A DNA stretch of 62,036 nt, counting the filler, from Candidatus Hydrogenedentota bacterium (GTDB lineage Bacteria > JBFMHD01), in NCBI GenBank assembly GCA_040752395.1. It is 8 parts of 8 records of this genome, joined end to end, with 100 filler letters (N's around TTAATTAATTAA, not from the genome) between each part and the next. Parts side by side here need not be neighbours in the genome. Positions count along the whole stretch, not along the records: positions 7,995 to 15,863 come from JBFMHD010000131.1; positions 15,964 to 23,807 come from JBFMHD010000132.1; 6 more parts are not named here. One strand, written 5' to 3'. Shown piece by piece: positions 9,445 to 19,303 of the stretch; position 1 is the first letter of the stretch, and the number at the start of each line of letters is the position of its first letter. Below the pieces are notes generated by a model. It was not told the DNA's origin and searched no databases. It worked only from the letters and a program-made list of their open reading frames with translations. The position numbers and the translations under genes are program-made.

Positions 9445-10797
9445 ATGATATTCTGGATTCTTTTTTTTGTGATATTTTTTTCAATAGCTTTACTTGTACC
9501 GGGTTTTCTCTCTACCTATCATGCTGAAAAGAATTATGAGATAGCCGATGAAGATTATAAACGGGGAAAGATTCCTGAAGCTGAGGCAAGATTAAAAGAG
9601 AACGTCACTAAAAATCCCAACCATACCAGGAGCAGGTGGCTTCTACAAAAAATTTATCAGGAGCTCGGGAGATTTGAAGATTCAATTGTGCAGATTAAAA
9701 GTGTGATTAAATATAATGCTTTTGACAACCAGATTACTGAGTATGTTGCAAGAAAAGAATTAGCAGAGATTTCAGAGCGAATCGGAGACCCATTAGCTGC
9801 CCTTGAACAATACGAATATATCTTAAAGAAGTTCCCTGATGATATTGAGGTTTTGAGTCGAAGAGGGGAGATAGCCTTTAATCAGGATGATAAGAAAAGA
9901 GCGATGGATAGTTATAAAAGGTTGGTGGAACTTGACCCGGATAATTATCGGTATCAGGAGATGCTGGGAGACATATTTTTTGGAATGAGACAATATAATG
10001 AAGCACTTGAATGTTATGATAGAGCATATATTGCAAATCACGTGCTGGAAATTGCATTGAAATTGTGTGATACACTTGTGAATGTTAACAGAGTTCAGGA
10101 TGCGGTAAATATATATGAAGAACTTATAACTCAGAATCAGGGGAATGTTCCCAATGTTGTAAGATATAACCTTTCTTTAAGTTATTATAAACTTGAAAAT
10201 TATACTGCCTGTGTAAATCAATTATTGATTTTAATTGATAGACTCACAGTAGAAGAGGTAAATCAGGGGATTGAAAAGGATGCTTTATATATTTTATCTG
10301 ATAGTTATATTAAAATGGGCAAGAATGAAGATGCTAAACGATTTTTAAAAAAATTATATCATATCGATAGAGAATATAAGGATGTTGCTAAAAAGTTAAA
10401 ATCATTTGGAGATTTTGTAACCGATGAAGAAATATTACTTAAATTTTATAATCTTTATATTTATGAATACGAGAATTATTGTAGAAAAATTATTGAGAGG
10501 CTCGGCTATACTTTAAGAGTGTCTAATATTATAGATGATTCCGCAGTAAATATCGTTGCTGATAAAAAAGATGTGAAAACTCTGATTTTTATCAGAAGAT
10601 GGAAGAATGAAGTAGGACAGCTCCCGTTAAAAGATTTACACATAATGATGGTTGATTATAAATGTGATGGTGGCTTATTTATATGTACCTCTAAATTTAA
10701 CAGGTCGGCCATAGAATACCAGAAACATACAAAAGATATGTCATTGATTGATGGTGAACGAGTTGCTGAACTTTTAAGAGAAGTAGAGTTTATATAA
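9445..10797 (+). CDS. Membrane-anchored TPR protein with C-terminal Mrr_cat-like domain
   Basis: N-terminal TM and TPR repeats; C-terminal 'YENYCRKIIERLGY...VGQLPLKDL...GGLFICTSKFNRSAIEY...LIDGE' is a typical Mrr_cat pattern. Confidence 0.75.
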   Translation: MIFWILFFVIFFSIALLVPGFLSTYHAEKNYEIADEDYKRGKIPEAEARLKENVTKNPNHTRSRWLLQKIYQELGRFEDSIVQIKSVIKYNAFDNQITEYVARKELAEISERIGDPLAALEQYEYILKKFPDDIEVLSRRGEIAFNQDDKKRAMDSYKRLVELDPDNYRYQEMLGDIFFGMRQYNEALECYDRAYIANHVLEIALKLCDTLVNVNRVQDAVNIYEELITQNQGNVPNVVRYNLSLSYYKLENYTACVNQLLILIDRLTVEEVNQGIEKDALYILSDSYIKMGKNEDAKRFLKKLYHIDREYKDVAKKLKSFGDFVTDEEILLKFYNLYIYEYENYCRKIIERLGYTLRVSNIIDDSAVNIVADKKDVKTLIFIRRWKNEVGQLPLKDLHIMMVDYKCDGGLFICTSKFNRSAIEYQKHTKDMSLIDGERVAELLREVEFI

Positions 10798-10804
10798 CAA
10801 CCAC

Positions 10805-10855
10805 TCATTCTGAGCCTTACTCTGTGCATAGCGAAGAGGAGGACGAAGAACCTCT
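10805..10855. repeat. Degenerate REP-like element (TCATTCTGAGC...GCGAAGA type)
   Basis: tcattctgagc...gcgaagaggaggacgaagaacctc resembles a widespread small intergenic repeat; single copy in this window. Confidence 0.3.
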
Positions 10856-10870
10856 CAAGGTTTCTTATTT

Positions 10871-12583
10871 ATGGTTTATCAGGTACAGAAACTTAAATTA
10901 GGCGAAATATTATTATCTCACAATGTAATAACTGAAGAACAATTAGAAAACGCTTTAAAACATCAGAAAGAAAAAAATATAAAATTAGGGGAAGCTTTAA
11001 TAGAATTGGGATATACTGATGAAGATACTATTCTATCAGCATTATCTGTTCAACTTGACATCCCTTATGAAAGCCTTGATGAATATGCAATAGACCCTGA
11101 AGTTGTACATTCTATCCCTGATAAAGTAGCAAGGCGTTATCACGTAGTGCCTGTTTCAAGAACAAATAATATCTTAACTCTTGCGATGACTGACCCATTG
11201 AACGTTCAGGCAATTGATGATATACAACTGATGCTAAATGTTTATGTTCAGCCTATTATAAGTAAAAAATCAGAGATACAGAAATTGATAGATGAATATT
11301 ATGTCAGTGAAGATACAGTTGAAAATATAATTGAGGGTTTAACTGAAAAAGACATAGAGATAATTAAGGATGAAGCTGATTTGACAAGTTCAACCGCTGC
11401 AACTGACAGCGAAGCACCTGCTATAAAACTTGTGAACCTCATTATTCTTGAAGCTATTAAAAACCGGGCGAGTGATGTTCATCTTGAACCCTTTGAAGAC
11501 CATTTTTATATAAGACAGCGGTTGGATGGCGTATTACATTTGCTTCCTGAACCACCAAGACATTTATGGCCAGGACTTATCTCACGTATAAAAGTTATGG
11601 CAGACCTTAATATCGCTGAGACACGCCTGCCACAGGATGGTAGAATAAAATTGAAGCTATCAGGCAGAGAGATTGACCTTCGAGTCTCCTGCCTGCCAAC
11701 AGTCTTTGGTGAGAGTGTTGTGCTACGTGTTTTAGACCGCGGAACAGTAATGCTTAAACTTGACCAGCTCGGCTTCCAGGAAGATGATTTAAAAAAAACG
11801 CGTCAGGAGTTAGAGCAACCTAATGGTATTATCATTGTCACAGGTCCTACGGGTTGCGGTAAAACAACTACTTTATATGCAGGTATCACTGAAATAAACA
11901 GACCCGAAGATAAACTCATTACTGTTGAAGACCCGGTAGAGTATGAGATCCCTGGTCTTGTCCAGGTACAGGTTAATGAGAGGGTGGGATTAACGTTTGC
12001 TTCGGCTTTACGTTCCATATTAAGACAGGACCCTGACATTGTGATGATAGGTGAGGTGCGAGATGTCGAGACCGCAGAGATAGCTGTCCAGGCATCTTTA
12101 ACAGGACACCTTGTGCTTGCAACTTTACATACTAATGAAGCTGCAAGCGCTATTACAAGACTGGTTGATATGGGGATAGAACCGTTTTTATTAACATCAA
12201 CGGTAAGAGCCATTATAGGTGAGCGGCTTATCAGGGTTAATTGTGAAATGTGTAAAGAACCTTACGAACCTTCGCCAGAGCTTTTTAAAGAATTAGGTGT
12301 AAAAGAAGAAGAATACAGCGATATTACTTTCTATAAAGGCCGCGGGTGCGAAGAATGTGCTAATACCGGTTTTAAAGGCCGCATAGGTATATTTGAATTT
12401 TTACCTATGGTGGATCCAATTAGAGAACTTGTATTATCAAAAGAAGCCGCTGCTGTTATACATCAGGAAGGGATTAGACAGGGAATGAGACCTATGTTTC
12501 TTGATGGTTGGTTAAAAGCAAAAGCAGGGATAACAACACTAGAAGAAGTTATAAGAGTAGCACCACTTAGTGTAGGACATTAG
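10871..12583 (+). CDS. PilB/GspE-family secretion ATPase, copy 1 (N-terminal MshEN-like motif)
   Basis: KLGEILL...IT.EQL..AL..Q and KLGEALIELG repeats; ASDVHLEP, RLPQDGR, Walker A GPTGCGKTT, EDPVE, RQDPD, His box TLHTN, CxxC...CxxC. Confidence 0.93.
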   Translation: MVYQVQKLKLGEILLSHNVITEEQLENALKHQKEKNIKLGEALIELGYTDEDTILSALSVQLDIPYESLDEYAIDPEVVHSIPDKVARRYHVVPVSRTNNILTLAMTDPLNVQAIDDIQLMLNVYVQPIISKKSEIQKLIDEYYVSEDTVENIIEGLTEKDIEIIKDEADLTSSTAATDSEAPAIKLVNLIILEAIKNRASDVHLEPFEDHFYIRQRLDGVLHLLPEPPRHLWPGLISRIKVMADLNIAETRLPQDGRIKLKLSGREIDLRVSCLPTVFGESVVLRVLDRGTVMLKLDQLGFQEDDLKKTRQELEQPNGIIIVTGPTGCGKTTTLYAGITEINRPEDKLITVEDPVEYEIPGLVQVQVNERVGLTFASALRSILRQDPDIVMIGEVRDVETAEIAVQASLTGHLVLATLHTNEAASAITRLVDMGIEPFLLTSTVRAIIGERLIRVNCEMCKEPYEPSPELFKELGVKEEEYSDITFYKGRGCEECANTGFKGRIGIFEFLPMVDPIRELVLSKEAAAVIHQEGIRQGMRPMFLDGWLKAKAGITTLEEVIRVAPLSVGH

Positions 12584-12690
12584 CTACTGACTTATTACTC
12601 CTCACCTTTTTGAGGGAGATATTTATGTGGAATTAAGAAGCAAGATTAAAGAAACTCCACCGAAGACCGAGGCGTTACTATGTTTTGATT

Positions 12691-12867
12691 ATGAAAAATA
12701 AAAAACAGGAATTGCTGAATAAAATTAACGATGGGAGGTGGATGATTGAACTTCTGCCGTTATATAAAAGGGTTGACTGGAAAAACGTGCATCGAAAACG
12801 AACAATCGAGCTTTTCGGAAAAAAGTTTTATAACGAAAAAATGGCGGATTTAATGTATATGGAGTAA
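12691..12867 (+). CDS. Small hypothetical protein
   Basis: 58-codon ORF between the two ATPase genes, stop 2 nt before the next ATG; no recognisable motif. Confidence 0.3.
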   Translation: MKNKKQELLNKINDGRWMIELLPLYKRVDWKNVHRKRTIELFGKKFYNEKMADLMYME

Positions 12868-12869
12868 TT

Positions 12870-14582
12870 ATGCTTGAGGTTTCTAATCCTGAGCTTTTCT
12901 TGGAAATTTTATTAAAAAATAATTTAATTACACAGGAAAACATTACAGAGATTAAAAGACAGCATCAGATCACAGGTGAGAATGTTAAAACTATAATTAA
13001 GAGATTGGAGTACTGTGATGATATTCAGATGTTACAAGGAATAGCTGATTATTATGGTATGCCAGCGGTTAGATTAGCGGATGTTCAGTTTAATAGAGAG
13101 CTTTTAAAAATAGCGCCAATAGAATTAGTTCAAATGTATAAAATAGCGCCTTTTCAACAGGAAAACAATAAAATAAAGGTCGCAATAGATGACCCGAATA
13201 ATTTTAAAGGACTGGATGAATTCAGACTTGTAGTCGGAATGGATATCGAGCCATATCTTGCACTGAATAATGAATTAACCGAGTTCATTGATAAAAATTA
13301 TGGTGCCTCTGGAACCAGTATTGAAGATATGCTTGAATCTATTCAGGAAGATGCCTTGCAATTAATAGAAGAGACAGGGGTCACCAAAGACGAACTGGAA
13401 CAGGCTGAATCAGCACCGATAATTAAACTTGTAAATCTTGTATTTTTACAAGCATTAAAATCAAGAGCAAGCGATATACATATTGAACCAAAGGAAAGAT
13501 CGCTTGAGATTAGATATAGAGTTGATGGTATATTGCACAAACAGGTAAGTCCACCAAAACGATTACAAGGACCTATTATAAGCAGATTAAAACTGATGGC
13601 TGGTTGCGATCTTGCTGAAAGAAGGGTTCCTCAGGATGGCAGAATCAAATTAAGGATGCTTGGTAAAGACATTGATTTGCGGTTCAGTGCTTTACCGTCT
13701 ATTCACGGCGAAAGCCTTGTGATGAGGATACTTGATAAAGCAGGGCTTTTATTAAGTCTTGACCAGGTCGGTTTTTTACCGCACACTATAAAAAAGTTTG
13801 AGCAGCTTATAGCAAGACCCAATGGTATAATTCTTGTTACAGGTCCAACAGGCAGTGGTAAAACCACTACGCTTTATGCAGCATTAAATAGATTAAATAC
13901 TTTTGATAGAAAGATAATAACAGCAGAAGACCCAGTTGAATATCAGATTAATGGTATTAATCAACTCCAGATACATCATGATATAGGACTTGATTTTGCT
14001 CGAGCGTTAAGAGCTATGTTAAGGCAGGCCCCGGATGTCATACTTGTAGGTGAGATAAGAGACCTTGAGACAGCAGAGATAGCGATTAGATCAGCATTAA
14101 CAGGCCATCTTGTCTTTTCAACTCTTCATACTAATGATGCACCATCTTCGATAACACGTCTTATTGATATGGGGATCAACCCATATCTTGTAGCATCGAG
14201 TGTTGAAGCGATTATGGCTCAGCGACTTGTAAGAAAAATATGCGAAAAGTGTAAAGAACCTTATGAACCATCTAAATTAGAATTACAGGAAATGAATGTT
14301 ACAAGAGAAGAGGTAAAAGATGTTACATTTTATCATGGACGGGGATGTGAAGAATGCAATATGTCAGGGTACAGGGGTAGAACAGCTATATTTGAACTCC
14401 TTGTTATAGACGAAGATATTCGCGAGATGATATTAACCAATACACCATCTAATGAAATTGCCAGATATGCAAGAGAGAAAAAGGGGATGGAGACATTACG
14501 GGATTATGGTTTCTTAAAGGTAAAACGAGGTGAAACTACAATTATCGAGGTAAAAAGGATTACCGCAACTGATGAAGCATAA
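12870..14582 (+). CDS. PilB/GspE-family secretion ATPase, copy 2
   Basis: ASDIHIEP, RVPQDGR, GPTGSGKTT, EDPVE, RQAPD, STLHTND, tetracysteine motif. Confidence 0.93.
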   Translation: MLEVSNPELFLEILLKNNLITQENITEIKRQHQITGENVKTIIKRLEYCDDIQMLQGIADYYGMPAVRLADVQFNRELLKIAPIELVQMYKIAPFQQENNKIKVAIDDPNNFKGLDEFRLVVGMDIEPYLALNNELTEFIDKNYGASGTSIEDMLESIQEDALQLIEETGVTKDELEQAESAPIIKLVNLVFLQALKSRASDIHIEPKERSLEIRYRVDGILHKQVSPPKRLQGPIISRLKLMAGCDLAERRVPQDGRIKLRMLGKDIDLRFSALPSIHGESLVMRILDKAGLLLSLDQVGFLPHTIKKFEQLIARPNGIILVTGPTGSGKTTTLYAALNRLNTFDRKIITAEDPVEYQINGINQLQIHHDIGLDFARALRAMLRQAPDVILVGEIRDLETAEIAIRSALTGHLVFSTLHTNDAPSSITRLIDMGINPYLVASSVEAIMAQRLVRKICEKCKEPYEPSKLELQEMNVTREEVKDVTFYHGRGCEECNMSGYRGRTAIFELLVIDEDIREMILTNTPSNEIARYAREKKGMETLRDYGFLKVKRGETTIIEVKRITATDEA

Positions 14583-14651
14583 GTTAAAACAGCTTAAAAA
14601 TATCTCGACAAATAAAGAACACTAAAGTATAAAAAGATAGAAGGAGTCACT

Positions 14652-15863
14652 ATGTATAAAAGATTGAGTATATTATTAATAATGTTTTTACTACCAACAC
14701 TTATTTGTGGGATAAATATAAAACCAGGTGATATCCAGTTTCTTGAAGTAAGCACACCTCAAAAAGTTATCGCAGGTAGTGAATTTGAGGTTATAATAAT
14801 CGGGTTTGATGGATTTGGTCATAAAGTTTCTTTTATTGATACAGGGATAGTATTTAGAGTAAAAACAAGTGATAATGACGAACTTGAGCCAGGGATATTC
14901 ACTTATGAAAAATTCAAAAATGGTGTGGCTAAGATTAAAACAAATATTAAAAAAGCAGGCAAAACTAAAATTTTAGTTGAAGCACCTTACAAATTTATTA
15001 AAGGTGAAAGTAAAGAGATAATAGTTTCACCTGACAGCATCAATTATCTATCTATCGCTACTACACTGAAGAATATCGCAGGTTCTAAATTCAGAATTAA
15101 AATCTCAGCTTATGATAAATATCAAAATTTTATCAAAGAATTAGACCAGCAAGAGATAGAGTTTTTTTGTTCACTTGAAGGAGAGACATTAAAAGAACTG
15201 GGAACTATAAGTAGCAAAGAATTTATCGATGGTTTCTGTGAAAAAGATATCGAGATAGAAAAATCAGGGATATACAGAGTTGTTGTGAAAAATACAAAAA
15301 ATCCTGATATTAAAGGTGTATCAGCATCAATAAATATTGAATCTGCTGATCTAAGTAAACTGGATTTAATTGTACCTTCTGAGGTAAGGGTTGCTGATGA
15401 ATTTAATATAACAATAATATTAAAAGATAAATTTGATAACATTGTTCAACGCGTGGCAAATTTTGATGAGAAGATATATCTCTCAAGAATAGACAATATT
15501 GAAAAACCTCAACTTGAGTCTGCAATGTATCCTGAAAATGTATCATTAAAATCTTTTGCCCAGGGGATAGCTAAGATAAATTGTTTTGTAAAACAAACAG
15601 GTGAATTCAGGATCAGGGCATTGGTTAATAAACCGGTGATTGAAACCATAAGCGAGAAGATAATATCTTTACCCGGTAAACCAGCAGGGTTTGAGTTCAA
15701 GGTAATAAAGGATGAGGTTTATTCAGGTGAGGCTTTTGAATTCGAGCTTAATATTGTTGATAAATTTAATAATCGAGTCGATGTGAAACCATTATTAAAA
15801 GAGATAAGCGATACACGGATATATCTTAAGATTATATCAGGTATGGAAGAAAAATTTTCATCA
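14652..15863 (+). CDS. Secreted protein with repeated Ig-like beta-sandwich modules (3' truncated)
   Basis: Signal peptide, then about 100-aa repeats of 'AG..F.I.I...D.F.N....F..G.......K.G...I.V'. Confidence 0.65.
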
Positions 15864-15963
15864 NNNNNNNNNNNNNNNNNNNNNNNNNNNNNNNNNNNNN
15901 NNNNNNNTTAATTAATTAANNNNNNNNNNNNNNNNNNNNNNNNNNNNNNNNNNNNNNNNNNNN
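15864..15963. other. Artificial contig linker
   Basis: N-TTAATTAATTAA-N. Confidence 0.99.
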
Positions 15964-16060
15964 CTTCTTTCGTTATCTTTCTTTCCGTTATCTTGCTTCT
16001 TGCCTCTTGCTTCTTGCTTCTACTTGATATTATTATAGTTACAATGTTTTTCAGAGGAGG
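15964..16060 (+). repeat. Mosaic repeat: (TCTTGCT/TCTTGCC)n plus terminal leader module ending in TTTTTCAGAGGAGG
   Basis: Near-identical to copies at 23393, 31801, 47100, 61491 and 61911; ends 7 nt before the leuB ATG. Confidence 0.92.
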
Positions 16061-16067
16061 ATCTTCA

Positions 16068-17138
16068 ATGGGTAAAACTTATAATGTCGCTGTTATTGGT
16101 GGTGATGGCACAGGACCAGAGGTTGTAAGAGAAGGTATTAAAGTCTTAAAATCAGTAGCTAACAGGTATAATTTTAAACTTAATTTAACTGAGTTTGACT
16201 TTGGTGGGGATAGATATCTAAGAACAGGTGAGGTTTTACCACAGAGCGCAATCGAGGAACTAAAAAAGTTTGACGCTATATATCTTGGTGCCATAGGTCA
16301 CCCTGATGTTAAACCAGGTATACTTGAAAAAGGGATTCTACTTACTCTGAGATTTGAGCTTCAACAATATATAAATTTAAGACCTGTCCAATTATATCCA
16401 GGTGTTGAAACACCGATAAAAGATAAGGGTCCAGAAGATATAGATTTTGTCGTAGTTAGAGAAAATAATGAAGGGCTATATACAGGCAGCGGTGGTTTCT
16501 TAAGAAAAGGGACCAGCGAAGAGGTCGCTATCCAGACCTCGATAAATACAAGACAGGGTGTTGAAAGATGTCTAAGATATGCATTTGAATATACAAGAAG
16601 GCGGAATAAAAAGAAGACCCTGACTCTCTGTGGTAAAACTAATGTCCTTACCTTCGCATTTGATTTATGGGAACGAGCTTTTCACGAGATAGGCGAAAAA
16701 GAATATCCTGATATTAAACGGGAATACACACACGTTGATGCGACCTGTATGTGGATGGTTAAAAATCCAGAATGGTTTGATGTTATTGTTACTGATAATA
16801 TGTTTGGCGACATTATCACAGACCTCGGTGCTATGATACAGGGCGGTATGGGGATAGCAGCAGGCGGTAATATCAATCCCCGGGGGGGTTCTATGTTTGA
16901 GCCGATTGGTGGCAGCGCACCTAAATATACAGGCAAAAATGTTATAAATCCATTGGCTGCAATCTGTGCAGGGATGATGATGCTTGATGAACTTGGAGAA
17001 ACAATAGCTGCAAAAGCAATTGAAAGAGCAGTTATAAAAGTAACTGGAGAAAAACTTAAGAGTTTAAGTGCCGGTAAGATGGGTTATACTACAACACAAG
17101 TGGGCGATATGGTAGCCCAATTCGCAGCTGAACTGTAA
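16068..17138 (+). CDS. leuB: 3-isopropylmalate dehydrogenase
   Basis: VAVIGGDGTGPEV, NLRP, VRENNEGLY, TDNMFGDIITD, FEPIGGSAP, INPLAAI. The true start is ATG 16068; the ORF-track extension is repeat-derived. Confidence 0.88.
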   Translation: MGKTYNVAVIGGDGTGPEVVREGIKVLKSVANRYNFKLNLTEFDFGGDRYLRTGEVLPQSAIEELKKFDAIYLGAIGHPDVKPGILEKGILLTLRFELQQYINLRPVQLYPGVETPIKDKGPEDIDFVVVRENNEGLYTGSGGFLRKGTSEEVAIQTSINTRQGVERCLRYAFEYTRRRNKKKTLTLCGKTNVLTFAFDLWERAFHEIGEKEYPDIKREYTHVDATCMWMVKNPEWFDVIVTDNMFGDIITDLGAMIQGGMGIAAGGNINPRGGSMFEPIGGSAPKYTGKNVINPLAAICAGMMMLDELGETIAAKAIERAVIKVTGEKLKSLSAGKMGYTTTQVGDMVAQFAAEL

Positions 17139-17173
17139 TATGATTTGAGAGTTGACCAACACAATATAAGTGA

Positions 17174-17413
17174 ATGTTAGAACAAATAAGCATTCTTATT
17201 ATATTATTTATATTTATAGTTTGCTCCTTTACACCCGGCTTTTTTTTCGTAAGAAAATTGGCTTTATTACCCGAAGAAAAGGTTGTTCTTTCCATGGGTT
17301 TATCTTATTTCATTCTCTATCTCGGGTCCTTTCTTTTATACATTTTCAATTTATCTGTAATAAGTTATTATTCTATCTCAATCATTTTTTTATTAATAAC
17401 GGGCTATTTATAA
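17174..17413 (+). pseudogene. Short hydrophobic ORF, probable N-terminal fragment of a membrane glycosyltransferase-like gene
   Basis: 'F.PGFFFVRKL...PEEK...S.GLS' pattern typical of the N-termini of long membrane proteins, but stops after 79 aa. Confidence 0.4.
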
Positions 17414-17613
17414 TAAATGTATCAAAAAATTAATTTTTGATACTTTGTGTATGTTCCCCACAAACAATAAAAAAATATTAGACATAAATAACACTCTTAA
17501 ATTCACTTTTTTATGAATTTTTATCTTGTATTTTCTGCTTAACTATAGTTAAAAAATTATATACCAATATTTTTTATGATGAGTATAATTATTGCTGGGA
17601 TATTTTTATTTTT

Positions 17614-19233
17614 ATGTCTATCAGAAAAAGAAACATAATTTTTTGTTTTTTTATATTGATACTTTTAAGTATCGAAGTCTTGAGCATACAGAAAAATACT
17701 CTAACATTTGATGAGATATGGCATTTTAGTTATGGTGTTAAAGTTTTAGAACTTAATCCTTCAAGGATACTACTTTATCATGACACAGCCTTGCCTTTCT
17801 CTTGTTTAAATGCTGCTTTTTATAAAACTTATTGTTTTATATATAGATTATTAAACCCAAAAAATTACTCAAATGTAATTAACAGAATAGAACAGGGTAA
17901 AATAGCCACAATAATTTTATCACTCATTCTCGGAGCAGTTGTTTTTATATGGAGCGAGAAACTTTATGGTACAAAATCAGGGTTATTCTCTCTTTTTCTT
18001 TTTGTTTTCTGTCCCAATATAATTGCTCATTCAAGATTAATCACAAGTGACCTTTTTGTAGCGTTAATGGTAACAGTTTCACTTTATTCTTTCTGGCAAT
18101 ATAGAGATCAAGGTTCACAGCAAATTACTCTACCAAAGTTTAAAAGTGCATTCTATCTTGGACTTTCACAATTAACAAAGTATTCAAGCCTATTTCTATA
18201 CCCTATCTTTATTATTATTTTGCTGATACAGGAAAACAAAGCACTGAACTCAAACAAATTAAAATCATTTTTAAAAACATCTTTCTTTTATCTTCTGATA
18301 AGTTTAATAGTAATAAATATTGGTTTCTTTTTTTATCAATCCTTTACTTTCTTTGGTAATTATCAGCTAAAAAGCGCATTATTCAAAAATTTATCCAATT
18401 CTGTGCCACTTTTAAAATATATCCCTGTCCCACTACCCTATCCCTACCTCCAGGGTATAGATTTACTTATCGCACATAGTAAACCAGGTATAACCTGCGG
18501 TAATAATTACTTGTTCGGCGAGATACGCAGTGATAAAGGCTTTATGGGGTATTTTTTTGTCTGTTTTTTATTTAAAGTACCTATCTCTACCCAGATTTTT
18601 ATAATCTGGGCTTTAATCTTCTACTTAAAAAACATAAACCAGTTTAATTTTAAAAAAAATGAAATATTCTTAATTATCCCTGTTATATTCTATAATATTT
18701 ATTTTAACTTTTTTACGGATAAACAGATTGGTTTTCGATATATATTAATGACTCTGCCTTTATTATATATCTTCTGTGGTATTTTATTAAAAGGCGGCAT
18801 AATTCGTGCTCAGGGATGGGACATTCCAAAATGGGGTGGTAAAAAAGTAATTATGTTGTGTCTTTGTCTATATCTTGTAATAAGTGTTTTATCATATTTC
18901 CCGCACTATATCTCTTATTTCAATGAATTGGTCTATGATAGAAAGATGGCATATAAAATACTATCAGATTCGAATATTAACTGGGGCCAGAGCTGCTGGT
19001 ATCTAATTGAATACTTAAAAACACATCCTGATGCGGTCTTCGAACCTGAAAAACCAACCACTGGTCATATAGTTGTTTCGATAATTAAATTAACCGGTGT
19101 GGCAGAGAGCGAGCGATTTAAGTGGTTACGGGAGAATTTCAAACCCGTTGATCACATCGCATATTCTTATCTTGTGTTTGATATATCTGATACTGATTTG
19201 AAAGATTTAAAGATTCAAAGATTGAAAGATTAA
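17614..19233 (+). CDS. ArnT/PMT-like (GT-C, GT39/83) glycosyltransferase
   Basis: TFDE..H...G, PNIIAHSRLITSD, LTKYS, IGFRY, DSNINWGQ motifs; multi-pass membrane protein. Confidence 0.82.
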   Translation: MSIRKRNIIFCFFILILLSIEVLSIQKNTLTFDEIWHFSYGVKVLELNPSRILLYHDTALPFSCLNAAFYKTYCFIYRLLNPKNYSNVINRIEQGKIATIILSLILGAVVFIWSEKLYGTKSGLFSLFLFVFCPNIIAHSRLITSDLFVALMVTVSLYSFWQYRDQGSQQITLPKFKSAFYLGLSQLTKYSSLFLYPIFIIILLIQENKALNSNKLKSFLKTSFFYLLISLIVINIGFFFYQSFTFFGNYQLKSALFKNLSNSVPLLKYIPVPLPYPYLQGIDLLIAHSKPGITCGNNYLFGEIRSDKGFMGYFFVCFLFKVPISTQIFIIWALIFYLKNINQFNFKKNEIFLIIPVIFYNIYFNFFTDKQIGFRYILMTLPLLYIFCGILLKGGIIRAQGWDIPKWGGKKVIMLCLCLYLVISVLSYFPHYISYFNELVYDRKMAYKILSDSNINWGQSCWYLIEYLKTHPDAVFEPEKPTTGHIVVSIIKLTGVAESERFKWLRENFKPVDHIAYSYLVFDISDTDLKDLKIQRLKD

Positions 19234-19303
19234 AAGATTAAAAATTCAAAATTAGGAGACAGAAGACAGACTTCTTGCTTCTTGCCTCTTTCGTTATCTT
19301 TCT
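19194..19303. repeat. Mosaic repeat: (AAGATTCA)n octamers, AGACAGA units, (TCTTGCT)n module
   Basis: Tandem units read directly; the array overlaps the last codons and stop of the upstream gene. Confidence 0.8.

Noticed and set aside
15993-16067. Apparent conserved N-terminal peptide 'LLDIIIVTMFFRGG' on four ORF-track proteins (15993, 23499, 47120, 61537)
   Set aside because: It is the translated leader repeat. True starts follow the AGGAGG, the module is out of frame at other copies (42138, 59368, 61902), and its internal ATG is not conserved (GCG, AAG).
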